Shown: positions 10,601 through 19,538, counted from the stretch's first letter. The stretch: DNA of 47,505 bases from a virus (IMGVR_UViG_3300036982_000361:1-47505); one strand, 5' to 3'. Notes: a model not told the origin generated them from the letters alone. Numbers and translations: made by a program.

Positions 10601-11040
10601 AAAGCTCCACCCGCAGCAACCACGTCGCCACCGCCCACGCATGACGTGTTGTCTACGGTCATCACAGAGCCGGCGGTACCGCCATAAACACGGATAGCAG
10701 AGCCTGCGGTGACGGCGGTACGTAATGGAGGCGAAAAGGTTAGCGTCTGACCTGCGGCATTGATGCCGCCGCCGCGAACCATATACATGCCGGTCGTACC
10801 AGTAATAAAAACGACCGCGCCGTTCGGAATAATTCCAGTACCCGCCGCAACAACAAAAGTGGACGCCCCGATAGCTGCCGCGTTGGCCGTGTAGCCAATT
10901 GCGGTCACCGTTCGGGACGACGGAATAGCAATTTCATCGGCCAACGTAGGGGCCGCGCCGGACACAACGCCCGTATTCGCGATTGTCCAATTGCCTGCGG
11001 TTGACCAGTTACCTGAAGTTGTCGATACAAGAGTGGCCAT
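7672..11040 (-). CDS. Large virion appendage / fibre-like protein (beta-rich, possibly beta-helix)
   Basis: 1122 aa, rich in Thr/Ser/Ala/Gly; N-terminal SGNWSTAGNW motif. Confidence 0.65.
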   Translation of the reverse strand: MATLVSTTSGNWSTAGNWTIANTGVVSGAAPTLADEIAIPSSRTVTAIGYTANAAAIGASTFVVAAGTGIIPNGAVVFITGTTGMYMVRGGGINAAGQTLTFSPPLRTAVTAGSAIRVYGGTAGSVMTVDNTSCVGGGDVVAAGGALLAGKLQWSRIADSTLTLRSNLNLNLADAELDMGTAASPIPAAYTAILKYDSATPTNGKYGLASSAGNLTTSKISVYGAAKTGSTTTTTSIAASAVNPTVRVADATGWVVGDYVLCASTTTNTPANTDSFVIASLTLVSGTIYDVGMTGTSTFAHASGCPVVNSSRNVRPNEPITATSSAFFNVAISLDGVGAANAVEIRNAEFAYGTNAGSATSLSGFSIAGPVGSVNTIITGISGCSFTTLRNAQTVGAGFSPTFMYMQSVPISDCVWSTKSTTLISCIVRQAPIILMENCVSIGGGLWASIASSQGCQGFTENFCKHYSHSGLVYDPIVNVGRFVNDTVFDNCGSIETGRSGSATVYSRCSFGMAYGATAGSRLVTKLSTLSYAPVEAIDCLFGSAYTASDDLSSPTLMQTSDYCLVTNRQADITQHTLTKFNGITNRDNSTSYRSPSAVQLRPTTASVALTNTVNITAVAGAALRVIGYLRYDSNLTGATLPSVTLSGAGSTPATYTQTGAANAWEKFDLTVTPAANGTVMLVTNAVSTSATANVWLSGVCTSPWVSSSRHYGFVPVVGIATQSVDSQIAVTNEATVAAYTTLETQAKLYDRLALWGCDNPSSAIFFSQAGGTLDLGSKNLIVDATAASVLVVSGSNVTIKATTLTGTRIVTTGTTSFVNGAAPAPSLVYQDVSGVSAPILAPNLINGTRVRIYNVTDSVQLANATAGASGYVSRVIWTADKTVRMTTRYVSGVSAKARTTSIGVLTSSGLTFLDTQADDSAYVDNGVDGASCDSSSGGEFTADYPNIQVDINDTDNTTSLARIYAWLCYQESTSSGIINFFGAMSATDSANYLIDGSIVDLAFDNRKSALLTIDGGFVQKLGGSQGLVATSTVGAIYFNSGRAYLANAANLPADSATAVWASLLEGSFSAADIMRINAAVSAGKTSGQPTAPVFRDLNDTVNRVVGTVDANGNRTAVTVTP

Positions 11041-11057
11041 GCATTAGCCTACGGCCT

Positions 11058-11534
11058 TTAACGGCCCGCGATGGCAGCAATAGCCGCATTGATGTCTGAT
11101 AGCTTCTTATCAGCTACAGCAACGGCCTCTTCCTTTTCCTTCAGCAGCTTTTCGGCAGTCGCCGTTTTGTTTTCGTACGCCTTAACTGCCGAATCAGTGG
11201 CTTCCTTAATATCAGCCAGCTTGTCCTTGGCCTTCTTCAGCGCATCCGCGCCATCGGCTTTAATCTTGGCCAATTCGTCCTTAGCCGCCTCTTCCGCATT
11301 GAAGGCGTTCTTCTGCAAGTCCGCGTAGTGCTTGGCAAAAGCGGCTTCGTCCACTTCGTGCTGAGCTTGCGCCTTGGCAATCTTCTTGTTAAGCTCGGCA
11401 AGCTGCTTTTCAACCAGCGTTACAGCGGTTTCTGCCTGCAAAGCGGCGTCAATAGCCGAGCCTAGTTCAGCCAGACCTGCAAAAGCCTTGCTGATTTTAC
11501 GAATTTCAGATGCGGCAGCGGTAAGGTTACTCAT
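11058..11534 (-). CDS. Ala/Lys-rich coiled-coil protein
   Basis: 158 aa with a heptad-like pattern. Confidence 0.7.
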   Translation of the reverse strand: MSNLTAAASEIRKISKAFAGLAELGSAIDAALQAETAVTLVEKQLAELNKKIAKAQAQHEVDEAAFAKHYADLQKNAFNAEEAAKDELAKIKADGADALKKAKDKLADIKEATDSAVKAYENKTATAEKLLKEKEEAVAVADKKLSDINAAIAAIAGR

Positions 11535-11537
11535 GGC

Positions 11538-11834
11538 TCAGTACGTGTAGATGGTGGCTTCGATAGCCGCGTTTTCCGCAGCGTCTTTGAACTCGATCCG
11601 GTACCAGCAAAAGTCATCTTCGGGAGTATACAAGCCCGGAGCAACAAAGGTGTCTACCGTGTAGAACCGAGCGCCGTTATTCGACGCTTCCAGCACTACG
11701 GCGCCACCGCCCAAATCGCCGTCGATCTGAATCGACCAGCCTTTTGTGCCGCCGAGATCGACGGCTTTGCCAGCTACGCCAGCGGGCAGTTTCCAGACAA
11801 GAGTACGGCCACCGATAGAAGAGGCTTCAAGCAT
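11538..11834 (-). CDS. Small beta-sandwich structural protein (decoration/spike-base-like)
   Basis: 98 aa; SIQIDGDLGGGAVVLEASNNG motif. Confidence 0.55.
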   Translation of the reverse strand: MLEASSIGGRTLVWKLPAGVAGKAVDLGGTKGWSIQIDGDLGGGAVVLEASNNGARFYTVDTFVAPGLYTPEDDFCWYRIEFKDAAENAAIEATIYTY

Positions 11835-11841
11835 AGCCCGC

Positions 11842-11869
11842 AGCCTAATAAGTGAACGTTCGCTTGCAA
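11842..11869 (-). promoter_or_regulatory. Putative sigma70-type promoter, leaderless
   Basis: TTGCAA-N16-TAGGCT, 7 nt before ATG 11834; TTCACTTA in spacer. Confidence 0.5.
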
Positions 11870-11871
11870 GC

Positions 11872-12342
11872 TTAAGATGGCGGTAGCTTCAAGGCCCGTT
11901 CATCTGCCTTGCGCCAGCCTTCGTCCGCATCGACGCGGTGATACTCGACCTGATCCTTGAGGCTCTTGACGGTCCCTTGGCGCGCAGCCCATCCGGCAGC
12001 AGTGGTTGCAGCAAGGGCCGCGAGGCCTCCTAATACCTGCCCAAGCCCCATGCTTCCGCCTGTGGCACCAATGGTAGCGGATGCCGCAATTGCCGAAACA
12101 ACCGGAACAATCTGCTTCATGTCCGGACCAGCGGTCTCTTCGTGTACGCTCTGTTCATCTTCCCACGACTCATGAATCTCAGTTACCGGCTGAACAATGG
12201 CGGGCGTTTCGGCAGTTGCAGGGATAACCACAAACGTCTGCACCTTTTCGACTTTATGCACCGCCTTTTGCGCATTGCCCCGAGACGCACATCCTGACAA
12301 GAATGGCATAAATAATGCGAACGCGAAAAGTGCCGTTTTCAT
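11872..12342 (-). CDS. Lipoprotein with internal hydrophobic helix (spanin-like)
   Basis: Signal peptide II MKTALFAFALFMPFLSG/C plus a long Ala/Gly hydrophobic segment. Confidence 0.6.
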   Translation of the reverse strand: MKTALFAFALFMPFLSGCASRGNAQKAVHKVEKVQTFVVIPATAETPAIVQPVTEIHESWEDEQSVHEETAGPDMKQIVPVVSAIAASATIGATGGSMGLGQVLGGLAALAATTAAGWAARQGTVKSLKDQVEYHRVDADEGWRKADERALKLPPS

Positions 12343-12692
12343 TGCATTTTTCTCATTTGACCCGATATAGATCCGCGATTGCGCCGTTCTGGCATCTCAA
12401 CAACCACCGGGACCAGATCCGATTCAGTCTCGTTATGAACGGCGTCAGACGGATCTAAGTCGCGAACTTCGTATTTAAGCCGGCGAAGAGCCTTGGTGTT
12501 TTCCTGTAACGCTTCGAGCATCTTGGACTGCGTCCAATCGCGAAGGCTTCCGAGTTCGCGATGCAGCATATTGCTACGCTCTTCGCAGCGCGTGTTGCCT
12601 GCGTCCCACTTATGGGCCAGCCACACGATAGCGCCACCAAGTGCAACAAATCCGGCAATGACAACTTCTGTTGAAATGATCGTGTCAGCCAT
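12339..12692 (-). CDS. Single-TM membrane protein (holin-like or inner-spanin-like)
   Basis: MADTIISTEVVIAGFVALGGAIVWLA followed by a coiled-coil; coupled to the lipoprotein gene. Confidence 0.55.
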   Translation of the reverse strand: MADTIISTEVVIAGFVALGGAIVWLAHKWDAGNTRCEERSNMLHRELGSLRDWTQSKMLEALQENTKALRRLKYEVRDLDPSDAVHNETESDLVPVVVEMPERRNRGSISGQMRKMQ

Positions 12693-12834
12693 GGCCGTCT
12701 TCTTCTTTCTTGTTTTCGACAATAAACCGTCTGAGCTCTTCCACGGCCTGCTGGATAGTTAAGTGATCACGCCTGGTACCAGGAGCCATGCTTGCAGCTT
12801 GGTCTAAAATGCCCAGGGCTTCATACGTCGTCAT
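12685..12834 (-). CDS. Hypothetical 49-aa protein (MTTYEALGILDQAAS...)
   Basis: Not in ORF track; fills the gap and overlaps both neighbours. Confidence 0.65.
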   Translation of the reverse strand: MTTYEALGILDQAASMAPGTRRDHLTIQQAVEELRRFIVENKKEEDGHG

Positions 12835-13060
12835 GGTAACTATACTCATAGAGGTAATCTACCGCGTCTACAGCGTCCTGCACGTACGAATTTTTGCAAT
12901 GATTACGTCCTAGTACAGCGTCAATAGGGCGACGAATCCACCATTGCCGACGATAGCTCCTCCCGCTAATGGACTCATTTGGAGCTCCGCCAAGGAAAAT
13001 GACGTTTGCAAGCTGGCTTAAAGCAGAGCCAACGCGAGTCAAATACGCTAATATTTTCAC
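12821..13060 (-). CDS. Conserved phage hypothetical protein
   Basis: SQLANVIFLGG.PNESISGRSYR...NHCK motif recognised from phage proteins near tail genes. Confidence 0.65.
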   Translation of the reverse strand: MKILAYLTRVGSALSQLANVIFLGGAPNESISGRSYRRQWWIRRPIDAVLGRNHCKNSYVQDAVDAVDYLYEYSYHDDV

Positions 13061-13440
13061 GATTCCACCGCAGTAGGAATGATTTCGCCTTTTTCAAGGG
13101 CAACAAAATACGCGCCAAGAATCGCCTGCGCTAGGATCACGGGGATGCGTACGTCGTTAATAACGACGCTCTGCGTGTAGACCTGCTCTAGCTGATTGAC
13201 ATGGCTCGACATGCCCTGGCTTATCTTGTCGCCGTTTGGCAGCGACCACAGTTTCGTCCGTGGTATCTGAATCCGCCAGGAATCGCTAGCTTGCGTCTCT
13301 CCGGGATCGGCAACTGGCGCACGCATACGGACAATCTCGATTGCCTCGGCTTGACGTTTTGCGCCGTCCTCGTTGTAGTAATCGGGAACCGATTGCGCTA
13401 ACGCAATGGCGTCTTGTAAGCTGATGAGATCGGTAATCAT
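13057..13440 (-). CDS. Hypothetical protein (possible fibre chaperone)
   Basis: 127 aa, directly after the fibre gene. Confidence 0.55.
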   Translation of the reverse strand: MITDLISLQDAIALAQSVPDYYNEDGAKRQAEAIEIVRMRAPVADPGETQASDSWRIQIPRTKLWSLPNGDKISQGMSSHVNQLEQVYTQSVVINDVRIPVILAQAILGAYFVALEKGEIIPTAVES

Positions 13441-14982
13441 TTATGCGTTCCAAACACACCAATCGGTGCCGTTAGCGATGAGGATCTTGGCTGTTCCGGT
13501 AGCCACTGTGATAGTGGTCAATCCATCAATGGTGTCCGCCCCGGCGCGATTCACGGTCAGCGCAAGAGTTGAACGGTTCTTGATGAACAGACGACGCCCG
13601 TTCGACGCCGCAGGGAGCGTGAACGTGTGGATTGCCGCACCGGTTAGGATTGCCGTGTCATCGGTGGCGTCGAGTGTAGTCGTTCCGGCAGCGGCAGCTA
13701 CAGAGCGGATTTTGACATAGTTGGCGGCTGCGGTGGTTACGCCTTGTGCGGTGTCGATGGCGAGCGCGGTGACGTTGGCCGTGCGAATGTTTAACGGAGT
13801 ACTTGAAGAACTGCCGAGAAGAATGACGCCGGAACCTACATAGAAATAAGCGCTCTCCCCAGTGCTTCTAGTGATATTGTAAACAATATCTGTAGCGGCT
13901 GGTCCGGTCTGTGCTATTTGGCCAGATGCATTTCGGAATTGATACGTGTCGCCGTGCGACACGCCATTCGCCCTGGTCGTCCCACTGGCGAGCTGGACGA
14001 GGCCGTTTCCTGCGGTGGGGGGGGCGCCGATGCCAAATCCGTTTGAGTTTACATAAAGACGATCTTGAAGACTTGTGCTCCCTATTGTATTTGTTGTAAA
14101 AACAATTGTGCAGCCTTGCGCGGTATCGGTAAAGTTTTCCGCAGCAATTAACCGAATTCCACAGGCTTCCGATGATCCGTAGCCAGTCGTTCCATAGCCA
14201 CGCGCTTGAAACTGGCCTATAATATCAGCAGAAGATACAGCGCTAGGAGCACCTCGCGTGCCGCGTGCCTTTCTATATATTGTTCCCGAATTGCCTAAGC
14301 CAAAAACCTCTAATTCAATGAAGGGGTTTCCTCCGTTTGCTCCCGCAATCCGAAATCCGCTACCTAGGACGGCTGCCGGTAAAGCCCCTGTCCCTAGGTC
14401 AATCGTCTGGGAAACTTTGAAGGCGTTATCGACCGAATCCAAGCACAGGTTACCGCTGGCGTCGCGGGCGGTTTGGGTGCGAGCCGTAGTTCCCGTCTTG
14501 GAAAGTGTCAAGTTTCCGGTAATGCCCGACGTTTGCAGTCCAGGGATACCGAGTAAAGTGAGCGACGCGGTAGCTGACAACGCAAACGGGAAATTACTCA
14601 CCCCGCTGTTGTTACCCATCAGGGTGGCGGTAGCGACTTGCCCTTGCGAAACAGGGATAGCCGTGGAAGAAGCCAGATCGACGCTTAAACCAGACCCAAT
14701 AGTAGCTTTTCCGGCAGGAAATCCGTTAATAAACACCGTTACCGTGGTCGGAACCGTGTCTAAGTTGGTTACAAATAGGCTCTTGATGACGCGGCGAAAG
14801 CCTGCGGAGGGAGCGGAAAGCACCGTTACGGGAGTTGTACCGGTAGCCGTGACTTCGTTAGTGTCTTCGGTGACCTGTATCGCGTTCACTTCAGCGTAAG
14901 CGACAACAAAGGTTGGCTGCGTGGTTGCGGGTGCAGCAGCTAACGATGCGGTCAGGGTCTTAGTACCCGAAAGAATCATCAT
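13441..14982 (-). CDS. Tail/head fibre protein
   Basis: 513 aa, Thr/Gly/Ala-rich; fibre motifs RKARGT...SSADIIGQFQARGY and TFTLPAASNGRRLFIKN...AGADTIDG. Confidence 0.75.
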   Translation of the reverse strand: MMILSGTKTLTASLAAAPATTQPTFVVAYAEVNAIQVTEDTNEVTATGTTPVTVLSAPSAGFRRVIKSLFVTNLDTVPTTVTVFINGFPAGKATIGSGLSVDLASSTAIPVSQGQVATATLMGNNSGVSNFPFALSATASLTLLGIPGLQTSGITGNLTLSKTGTTARTQTARDASGNLCLDSVDNAFKVSQTIDLGTGALPAAVLGSGFRIAGANGGNPFIELEVFGLGNSGTIYRKARGTRGAPSAVSSADIIGQFQARGYGTTGYGSSEACGIRLIAAENFTDTAQGCTIVFTTNTIGSTSLQDRLYVNSNGFGIGAPPTAGNGLVQLASGTTRANGVSHGDTYQFRNASGQIAQTGPAATDIVYNITRSTGESAYFYVGSGVILLGSSSSTPLNIRTANVTALAIDTAQGVTTAAANYVKIRSVAAAAGTTTLDATDDTAILTGAAIHTFTLPAASNGRRLFIKNRSTLALTVNRAGADTIDGLTTITVATGTAKILIANGTDWCVWNA

Positions 14983-15521
14983 GAAGCCACACTCCAGGCG
15001 TACTGACGAGCCTGTGCAGAGGACACAGCTCCGATAGACGAGGCCGTTATAGTCGCGGTAGTGACCTCCGTCAACCTACCTTTAGCGTCATACGTAATGA
15101 TCGGTACCGTGTTCGACGAACCGGTAGGTCCGCCAGCAACGATGACCGTTTGCGCTATGGCGGCTTGCAGAGCCGCGATTGCCGCATTGATAGCCGACAA
15201 ATCGGAAGCGTTTGAGGAGGTTGCGACACTGAGGTCGACAAGGATTGCGGTACTGCGAACTACGCGAGCAACGGTAGGAGAAAGCCCTACTTGGAGATCA
15301 CCGTTAGTACCGACGCCATAGGTCGCACCTGCGGTGAGAGCGTCGAGTCCGTCAAGTTCGCCATTGGTAACAATAGAAAACGTGTCGAGACCCATGACAC
15401 GAGCAACGATTGCGTGAGGGGCTTCCCCCGCCACGCAACGTCGCCATGCGCCCGCTTCCGAGCGTACCGCCGTGAGCTTCGTAAAGCCGTGGGCCGTTTG
15501 CTGGAAACGAGCGTCGTTCAC
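14979..15521 (-). CDS. Virion structural protein (fibre base / cement-like)
   Basis: 180 aa; LTAGATYGVGTNG and ITYDAKGRLT fibre-repeat motifs. Confidence 0.6.
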   Translation of the reverse strand: MNDARFQQTAHGFTKLTAVRSEAGAWRRCVAGEAPHAIVARVMGLDTFSIVTNGELDGLDALTAGATYGVGTNGDLQVGLSPTVARVVRSTAILVDLSVATSSNASDLSAINAAIAALQAAIAQTVIVAGGPTGSSNTVPIITYDAKGRLTEVTTATITASSIGAVSSAQARQYAWSVAS

Positions 15522-15524
15522 GGA

Positions 15525-16115
15525 TTACCGCGATCCAACAGTGCTCAGGACCACAGCGGCAACGCCAGCGGTGCTGAAATCACGGGGGGTGATCAGAACC
15601 TGCGTATTGGCAGTGAGAGCGCCACCAGGGAGCTGCGAGATGGTAGCCGGATCAGGGATCAGGATTTCAACGGTCTGCCCAGCGACGGGAGCGGTACCAA
15701 AGGTAACGGTCGTGCCGTTGATCTTCCACTGCGTACCAGTTGGGGTAGCATCCGAACCCATGCGCTGACGAACGACAGCGTTAAGGGCGTACTGAGGAGC
15801 GAAGGTTAGGGCAATCGCTTCGAGGTAGTTGATCACGGTCAACGACGCAGCAGCGGTAGTCGGATAGGTAACGCCGGTCGCGGCGGTGGGCAGGGTGAAC
15901 GCAACGGTGCTGCCGTCGCCAACGAAACGGAACACACGCGCGGCATTCTGAGTGCCGGGGTGCCAGACGCCGTACAAAGTGGCGGCACCGGTTGAGTTAG
16001 CGGCGGTCGGCTGACCGGCGACGATACCGTTGATACGGCGCGACCAGACAGGAGCCGCTGCGGAGAACAGCGGAACCGTGGTTACGAGATTAGGGACAGG
16101 AGCAGTAAGGGCCAT
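15525..16115 (-). CDS. Virion structural protein (decoration-like)
   Basis: 196 aa, Thr/Ala-rich; FVGDGSTVAFTL and TVTFGTAPVAGQTVEI motifs. Confidence 0.6.
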   Translation of the reverse strand: MALTAPVPNLVTTVPLFSAAAPVWSRRINGIVAGQPTAANSTGAATLYGVWHPGTQNAARVFRFVGDGSTVAFTLPTAATGVTYPTTAAASLTVINYLEAIALTFAPQYALNAVVRQRMGSDATPTGTQWKINGTTVTFGTAPVAGQTVEILIPDPATISQLPGGALTANTQVLITPRDFSTAGVAAVVLSTVGSR

Positions 16116-16206
16116 GGTGTAAACCTGGGGTTAGGGGGTAACGTGACTATAAGGCAGAAAAAAATCCGCTACTACAGCTTAGTAGGTGTCTACGTTACCG
16201 TATCAC

Positions 16207-17745
16207 TCACCACTTATTACTCCGCAGCCCCGGGATGGCGACGCTCTTCGCCTTCTTCTTGAACACATCCGCTCCGTAGACCGCGCCTGGATCTGTGCGC
16301 CACTTGGGGGGTGGTGGTGCTGGTGGTAGGGGGCGTCCGATGGATTCAATGAGGAGAGCTCCGGTCGAAAGCGCATCGACGGCGTCATCATCGCCGTCCG
16401 TATCGTCGGAGAACGACAATAAATTCGGTACCAAGTCTTCTTGAATTGCGGGTTGATCAGGAAGATAGAATTTGCCGGACTCCATGAGTGCGCGAAGCGC
16501 GTGCGCTACAACGATCTTTGACGCTTTGCGAACCTGCTTTTCGATGGTGAGGTAGAAGTTCTGATTCTCCATCTCGCGTGCAAAGATCGGGTTCAGTGCT
16601 CCTTGAATGGGGCCGGATTCCGTAGCTAGCTGGCGGGCATTGTATTTCTTTGCAAGCGTTACCGTCTTTTCGACAATCTCCAAAGATTCCCAACGCCCCC
16701 ACCAGAAATCAGGCATCACATAAACGTCGCCCTTGTGATCTACTCCGAGGGCAAAGATTGCCGTCTTGTCTCCTCGTGAGGAACGTGTAACGGCGTAGTC
16801 GGCGCATACTAGATAAGCAAGATCTTCTGGCGCGGTCTTGTAAAACCGCATGTGATCCTTTTTGAAGAATGCGCCCCCGTCTACTATGGGGGTCTGAATG
16901 TATAAAGAAAACCAGTCGCGCGCCCTTCCGTTACTGACGAGATCGGCCTTAATTCGCACGAGCGATTCGCGGGGCCAACGGGAAGGAACAAGCGCTTCAC
17001 CCTGCTTTCGCTTAAGGGGGTCTGCGCCATCTTCTACGGCCAGTGCGGGATACGACAGCACCGTCCACTTAGACGCATTTTCGTCCTTCTTAGCACCCGC
17101 AATAAGTCGCGCTGCGAGGTCGTCATTGTGCCACCGTTGGTGCATTATGAGCATTCCGCCGCCCGGAGCTAGACGTGACTGCATATTGGCCATGTACCAG
17201 CTAAATAACGCTTCTCGTGAAACCTCCGATAGCGCTTCTTGAATTCCCGCAACCGGATCGTCTACTATACCTATAGTACAACCTTTTCCTACTACCTGCG
17301 TGCCCACGCCAAGAGCTACATAGCCACCGTTTCGCAACGTTCTAACGTTGGTAGTGGAGTTACGCGACGGGTCTGGTTCAAACTCAGGAAAAAGATCGCG
17401 GTACTTTTGAGAATTTAAACGATTGCTTACCCAAAGCCCAAAGTCCTTAGCGAGACCGTCCGTTGCCGATGCCGCAATGATTTCCCAATTGGGGTGCCGC
17501 CCTAAAGCGTAAGTAGGAAAATTGCGCGAAACTATTTCTGACTTGCCGTGTCTTGGCGGCGCAAAAATCATTAAACGAGGAGATCCGCCACGTTCGCACG
17601 CTTCCATAAAAGCGTCCAAGTGTTTGCAAAGCTGTACTTGAAAAGGATCAAATATGAAATCAGGGTCCTGGTTTTTAATGTAGCTTGCCAAATCTCTTCT
17701 GGCAAGTTCGCGCCGGGCTAACTCAGCTTTTATTAAATTGCTCAT
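16207..17745 (-). CDS. terL: Terminase large subunit
   Basis: Walker A PPRHGKS, Walker B GIVDDP, HQRWHNDDL coupling motif, C-terminal nuclease DDDAVDA. Confidence 0.95.
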   Translation of the reverse strand: MSNLIKAELARRELARRDLASYIKNQDPDFIFDPFQVQLCKHLDAFMEACERGGSPRLMIFAPPRHGKSEIVSRNFPTYALGRHPNWEIIAASATDGLAKDFGLWVSNRLNSQKYRDLFPEFEPDPSRNSTTNVRTLRNGGYVALGVGTQVVGKGCTIGIVDDPVAGIQEALSEVSREALFSWYMANMQSRLAPGGGMLIMHQRWHNDDLAARLIAGAKKDENASKWTVLSYPALAVEDGADPLKRKQGEALVPSRWPRESLVRIKADLVSNGRARDWFSLYIQTPIVDGGAFFKKDHMRFYKTAPEDLAYLVCADYAVTRSSRGDKTAIFALGVDHKGDVYVMPDFWWGRWESLEIVEKTVTLAKKYNARQLATESGPIQGALNPIFAREMENQNFYLTIEKQVRKASKIVVAHALRALMESGKFYLPDQPAIQEDLVPNLLSFSDDTDGDDDAVDALSTGALLIESIGRPLPPAPPPPKWRTDPGAVYGADVFKKKAKSVAIPGLRSNKW

Positions 17746-18692
17746 GTACGTGCCCCTTTACTAAGGTTATCAAAAGCCCACAACGGCTGAAGGTTAGTGT
17801 AGTGTGCGGCTTTTAAAAACTCATCTCGATTCGTTAAATCGAATGATGCAAGTGGTCGAATGTGATCAACGTGCCATCCTTCTCGGCTGTGGTTTTCCCA
17901 AGTCATACCCGGCAAAAATTTAGACTCTAGATAGCGCATCAACTCAACAATCGTGCAGCCTAGATCGCGTACGGACGACCCAGTTTTAACTTTTCCTTTT
18001 AGCGCTAGCAACGTACGAGATCGCAGGAGTACTCGAATCTTGAAGATAACATCTTCTCTATATCGTTTGTTGCAATACGCAAGGTTGCGTGCGTTGTGCG
18101 CTGCCTTCTGTACTTCCGTTCTTTGCGCTAGCTTCTCTCGCTTACGCGCCCTGATTTGCTCTAGCTCTTCGAGAGTTTTAGATGCGCGAAGTCGTTTTCT
18201 TTTTAACGACGTCATCTCACGTCCTCTCGGAGACGACTCCCAACGCTTATATGACAATTTTCTGTTAACGGCTAAACACGCTTCGCAAATAAGCCGCTTG
18301 TCTCCGTAGACTAAAACTCCGCATGCGCACGGGCGTCCTTCAGCAAGACGACGTGCTCGTTTTTCTGCGCGATTTTTCTTCTTCCACTCTCGCACTTGTT
18401 TAAGCCTACGCTCTTTGTTTTTTGTTTCATACTTCCTTGATGCCGCTTTTGTGCAACCCTTACACCGGTGGTTGACGCAACTAGTATAAAATTCAGCGTT
18501 TAGCTTCTCTACTTTACATGCAGTACAGAGCGTATGGCTGTCTCCGTCAGGAACGAAACGGAGCTTTCTCCCAGCGCCCACCGACGTACTGTTCTTGGAT
18601 TTACCGAGAGCAAGATCGCCAGTTGCGTCTGCGTCAGGCCGCGTTGTTTCAGTAGCGTTCTTAGTTCGATCGGAGTCATGTACTTTTTCCAT
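17742..18692 (-). CDS. HNH / endonuclease VII-like nuclease with Cys-rich basic N-terminal region
   Basis: WHVDHIRPLASFDL...HYTNLQPLWAFDNLSKG; several CxxC pairs. Confidence 0.85.
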   Translation of the reverse strand: MEKVHDSDRTKNATETTRPDADATGDLALGKSKNSTSVGAGRKLRFVPDGDSHTLCTACKVEKLNAEFYTSCVNHRCKGCTKAASRKYETKNKERRLKQVREWKKKNRAEKRARRLAEGRPCACGVLVYGDKRLICEACLAVNRKLSYKRWESSPRGREMTSLKRKRLRASKTLEELEQIRARKREKLAQRTEVQKAAHNARNLAYCNKRYREDVIFKIRVLLRSRTLLALKGKVKTGSSVRDLGCTIVELMRYLESKFLPGMTWENHSREGWHVDHIRPLASFDLTNRDEFLKAAHYTNLQPLWAFDNLSKGART

Positions 18693-18698
18693 GCGTGT

Positions 18699-18726
18699 AG
18701 TGTAGGGCGTATAGCCCTAGCGTCAA
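18699..18726 (-). promoter_or_regulatory. Putative promoter of HNH-terL, leaderless
   Basis: TTGACG-N16-TACACT, 6 nt before ATG; overlapped by palindrome TAGGGC-N5-GCCCTA. Confidence 0.6.
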
Positions 18727-18739
18727 GCAGCGGTCTAAT

Positions 18740-18844
18740 TCATTTAAACAACTTCAGCGCACACATGGCGCAAACGGGGGTGTTGAATACGTGCATGATC
18801 GAAAGTGATCCGCAGTAATAGCACGTCTTTATTTTAAGTTCCAC
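18740..18844 (-). CDS. 34-aa zinc-finger peptide
   Basis: MELKIKTCYYCG...PVCAMCALKLFK; GTG start. Confidence 0.45.
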   Translation of the reverse strand: MELKIKTCYYCGSLSIMHVFNTPVCAMCALKLFK

Positions 18845-19004
18845 GGTGCTTCCGATAGGTGTGCTGGTTTGCGTTCACGAAGCCAACGAAAACACCGTGC
18901 CGTGTGTTCCGACACAGGGAACTTCACATACACGGCGGGATAGGAGCACTGCACCTTAAAGGCGTCGTGGTTCTTATCCCGCCATTGGCATTCTTCGGTA
19001 AAGT

Positions 19005-19220
19005 TCACGTAGATGATTCTTTATTCCAAGGTTCACCGCGTATAGCGTCAAGGTGTGAGTGCTCTTTCCACCAGTTGATTACCCTAGGCGGTACGTGCTT
19101 TCTATTTAGAATAGCTTTACCTACCTCGCACAGCATTGCTGTTAGCATTGCGTTTTCTTCAACGAGATACGGATCAGCTAATTTTTGCGCTTCCGTGCTT
19201 CGGTAGTCGTTACAAGGCAT
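19005..19220 (-). CDS. Hypothetical phage protein
   Basis: MPCND...LC...WWKEH pattern; within the operon. Confidence 0.65.
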   Translation of the reverse strand: MPCNDYRSTEAQKLADPYLVEENAMLTAMLCEVGKAILNRKHVPPRVINWWKEHSHLDAIRGEPWNKESST

Positions 19221-19223
19221 AGC

Positions 19224-19535
19224 TCACTTCCTCGCTAAGTCGAAGATGCGGCTTTCAAGTCGTTTGATGCGCATATGGTTTTTATCCTCAGTTGCCATAC
19301 TAAGATCATACTGCGCACGAAGATTTTGAAGCGCGGCTTGCACCTTGGCTTCTACTGAGAGGCAGAAAGAGGCGTATCTATCTACAGCGTACTGACTAGT
19401 GTTCTTTAAATCCGATTCAAGTTGGTTGATGCGGTCTTCGAGTAGTTGGATTCGTAGAGAAGTCTTCGCATACGCATCTGCGTGTGCGCGACTTAACTCC
19501 TTAATGTCGGTTTTAGTAGCAAAGTTAAAAAACAT
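19224..19535 (-). CDS. Hypothetical coiled-coil protein
   Basis: 103 aa; tight operon spacing. Confidence 0.65.
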   Translation of the reverse strand: MFFNFATKTDIKELSRAHADAYAKTSLRIQLLEDRINQLESDLKNTSQYAVDRYASFCLSVEAKVQAALQNLRAQYDLSMATEDKNHMRIKRLESRIFDLARK

Positions 19536-19538
19536 AGT

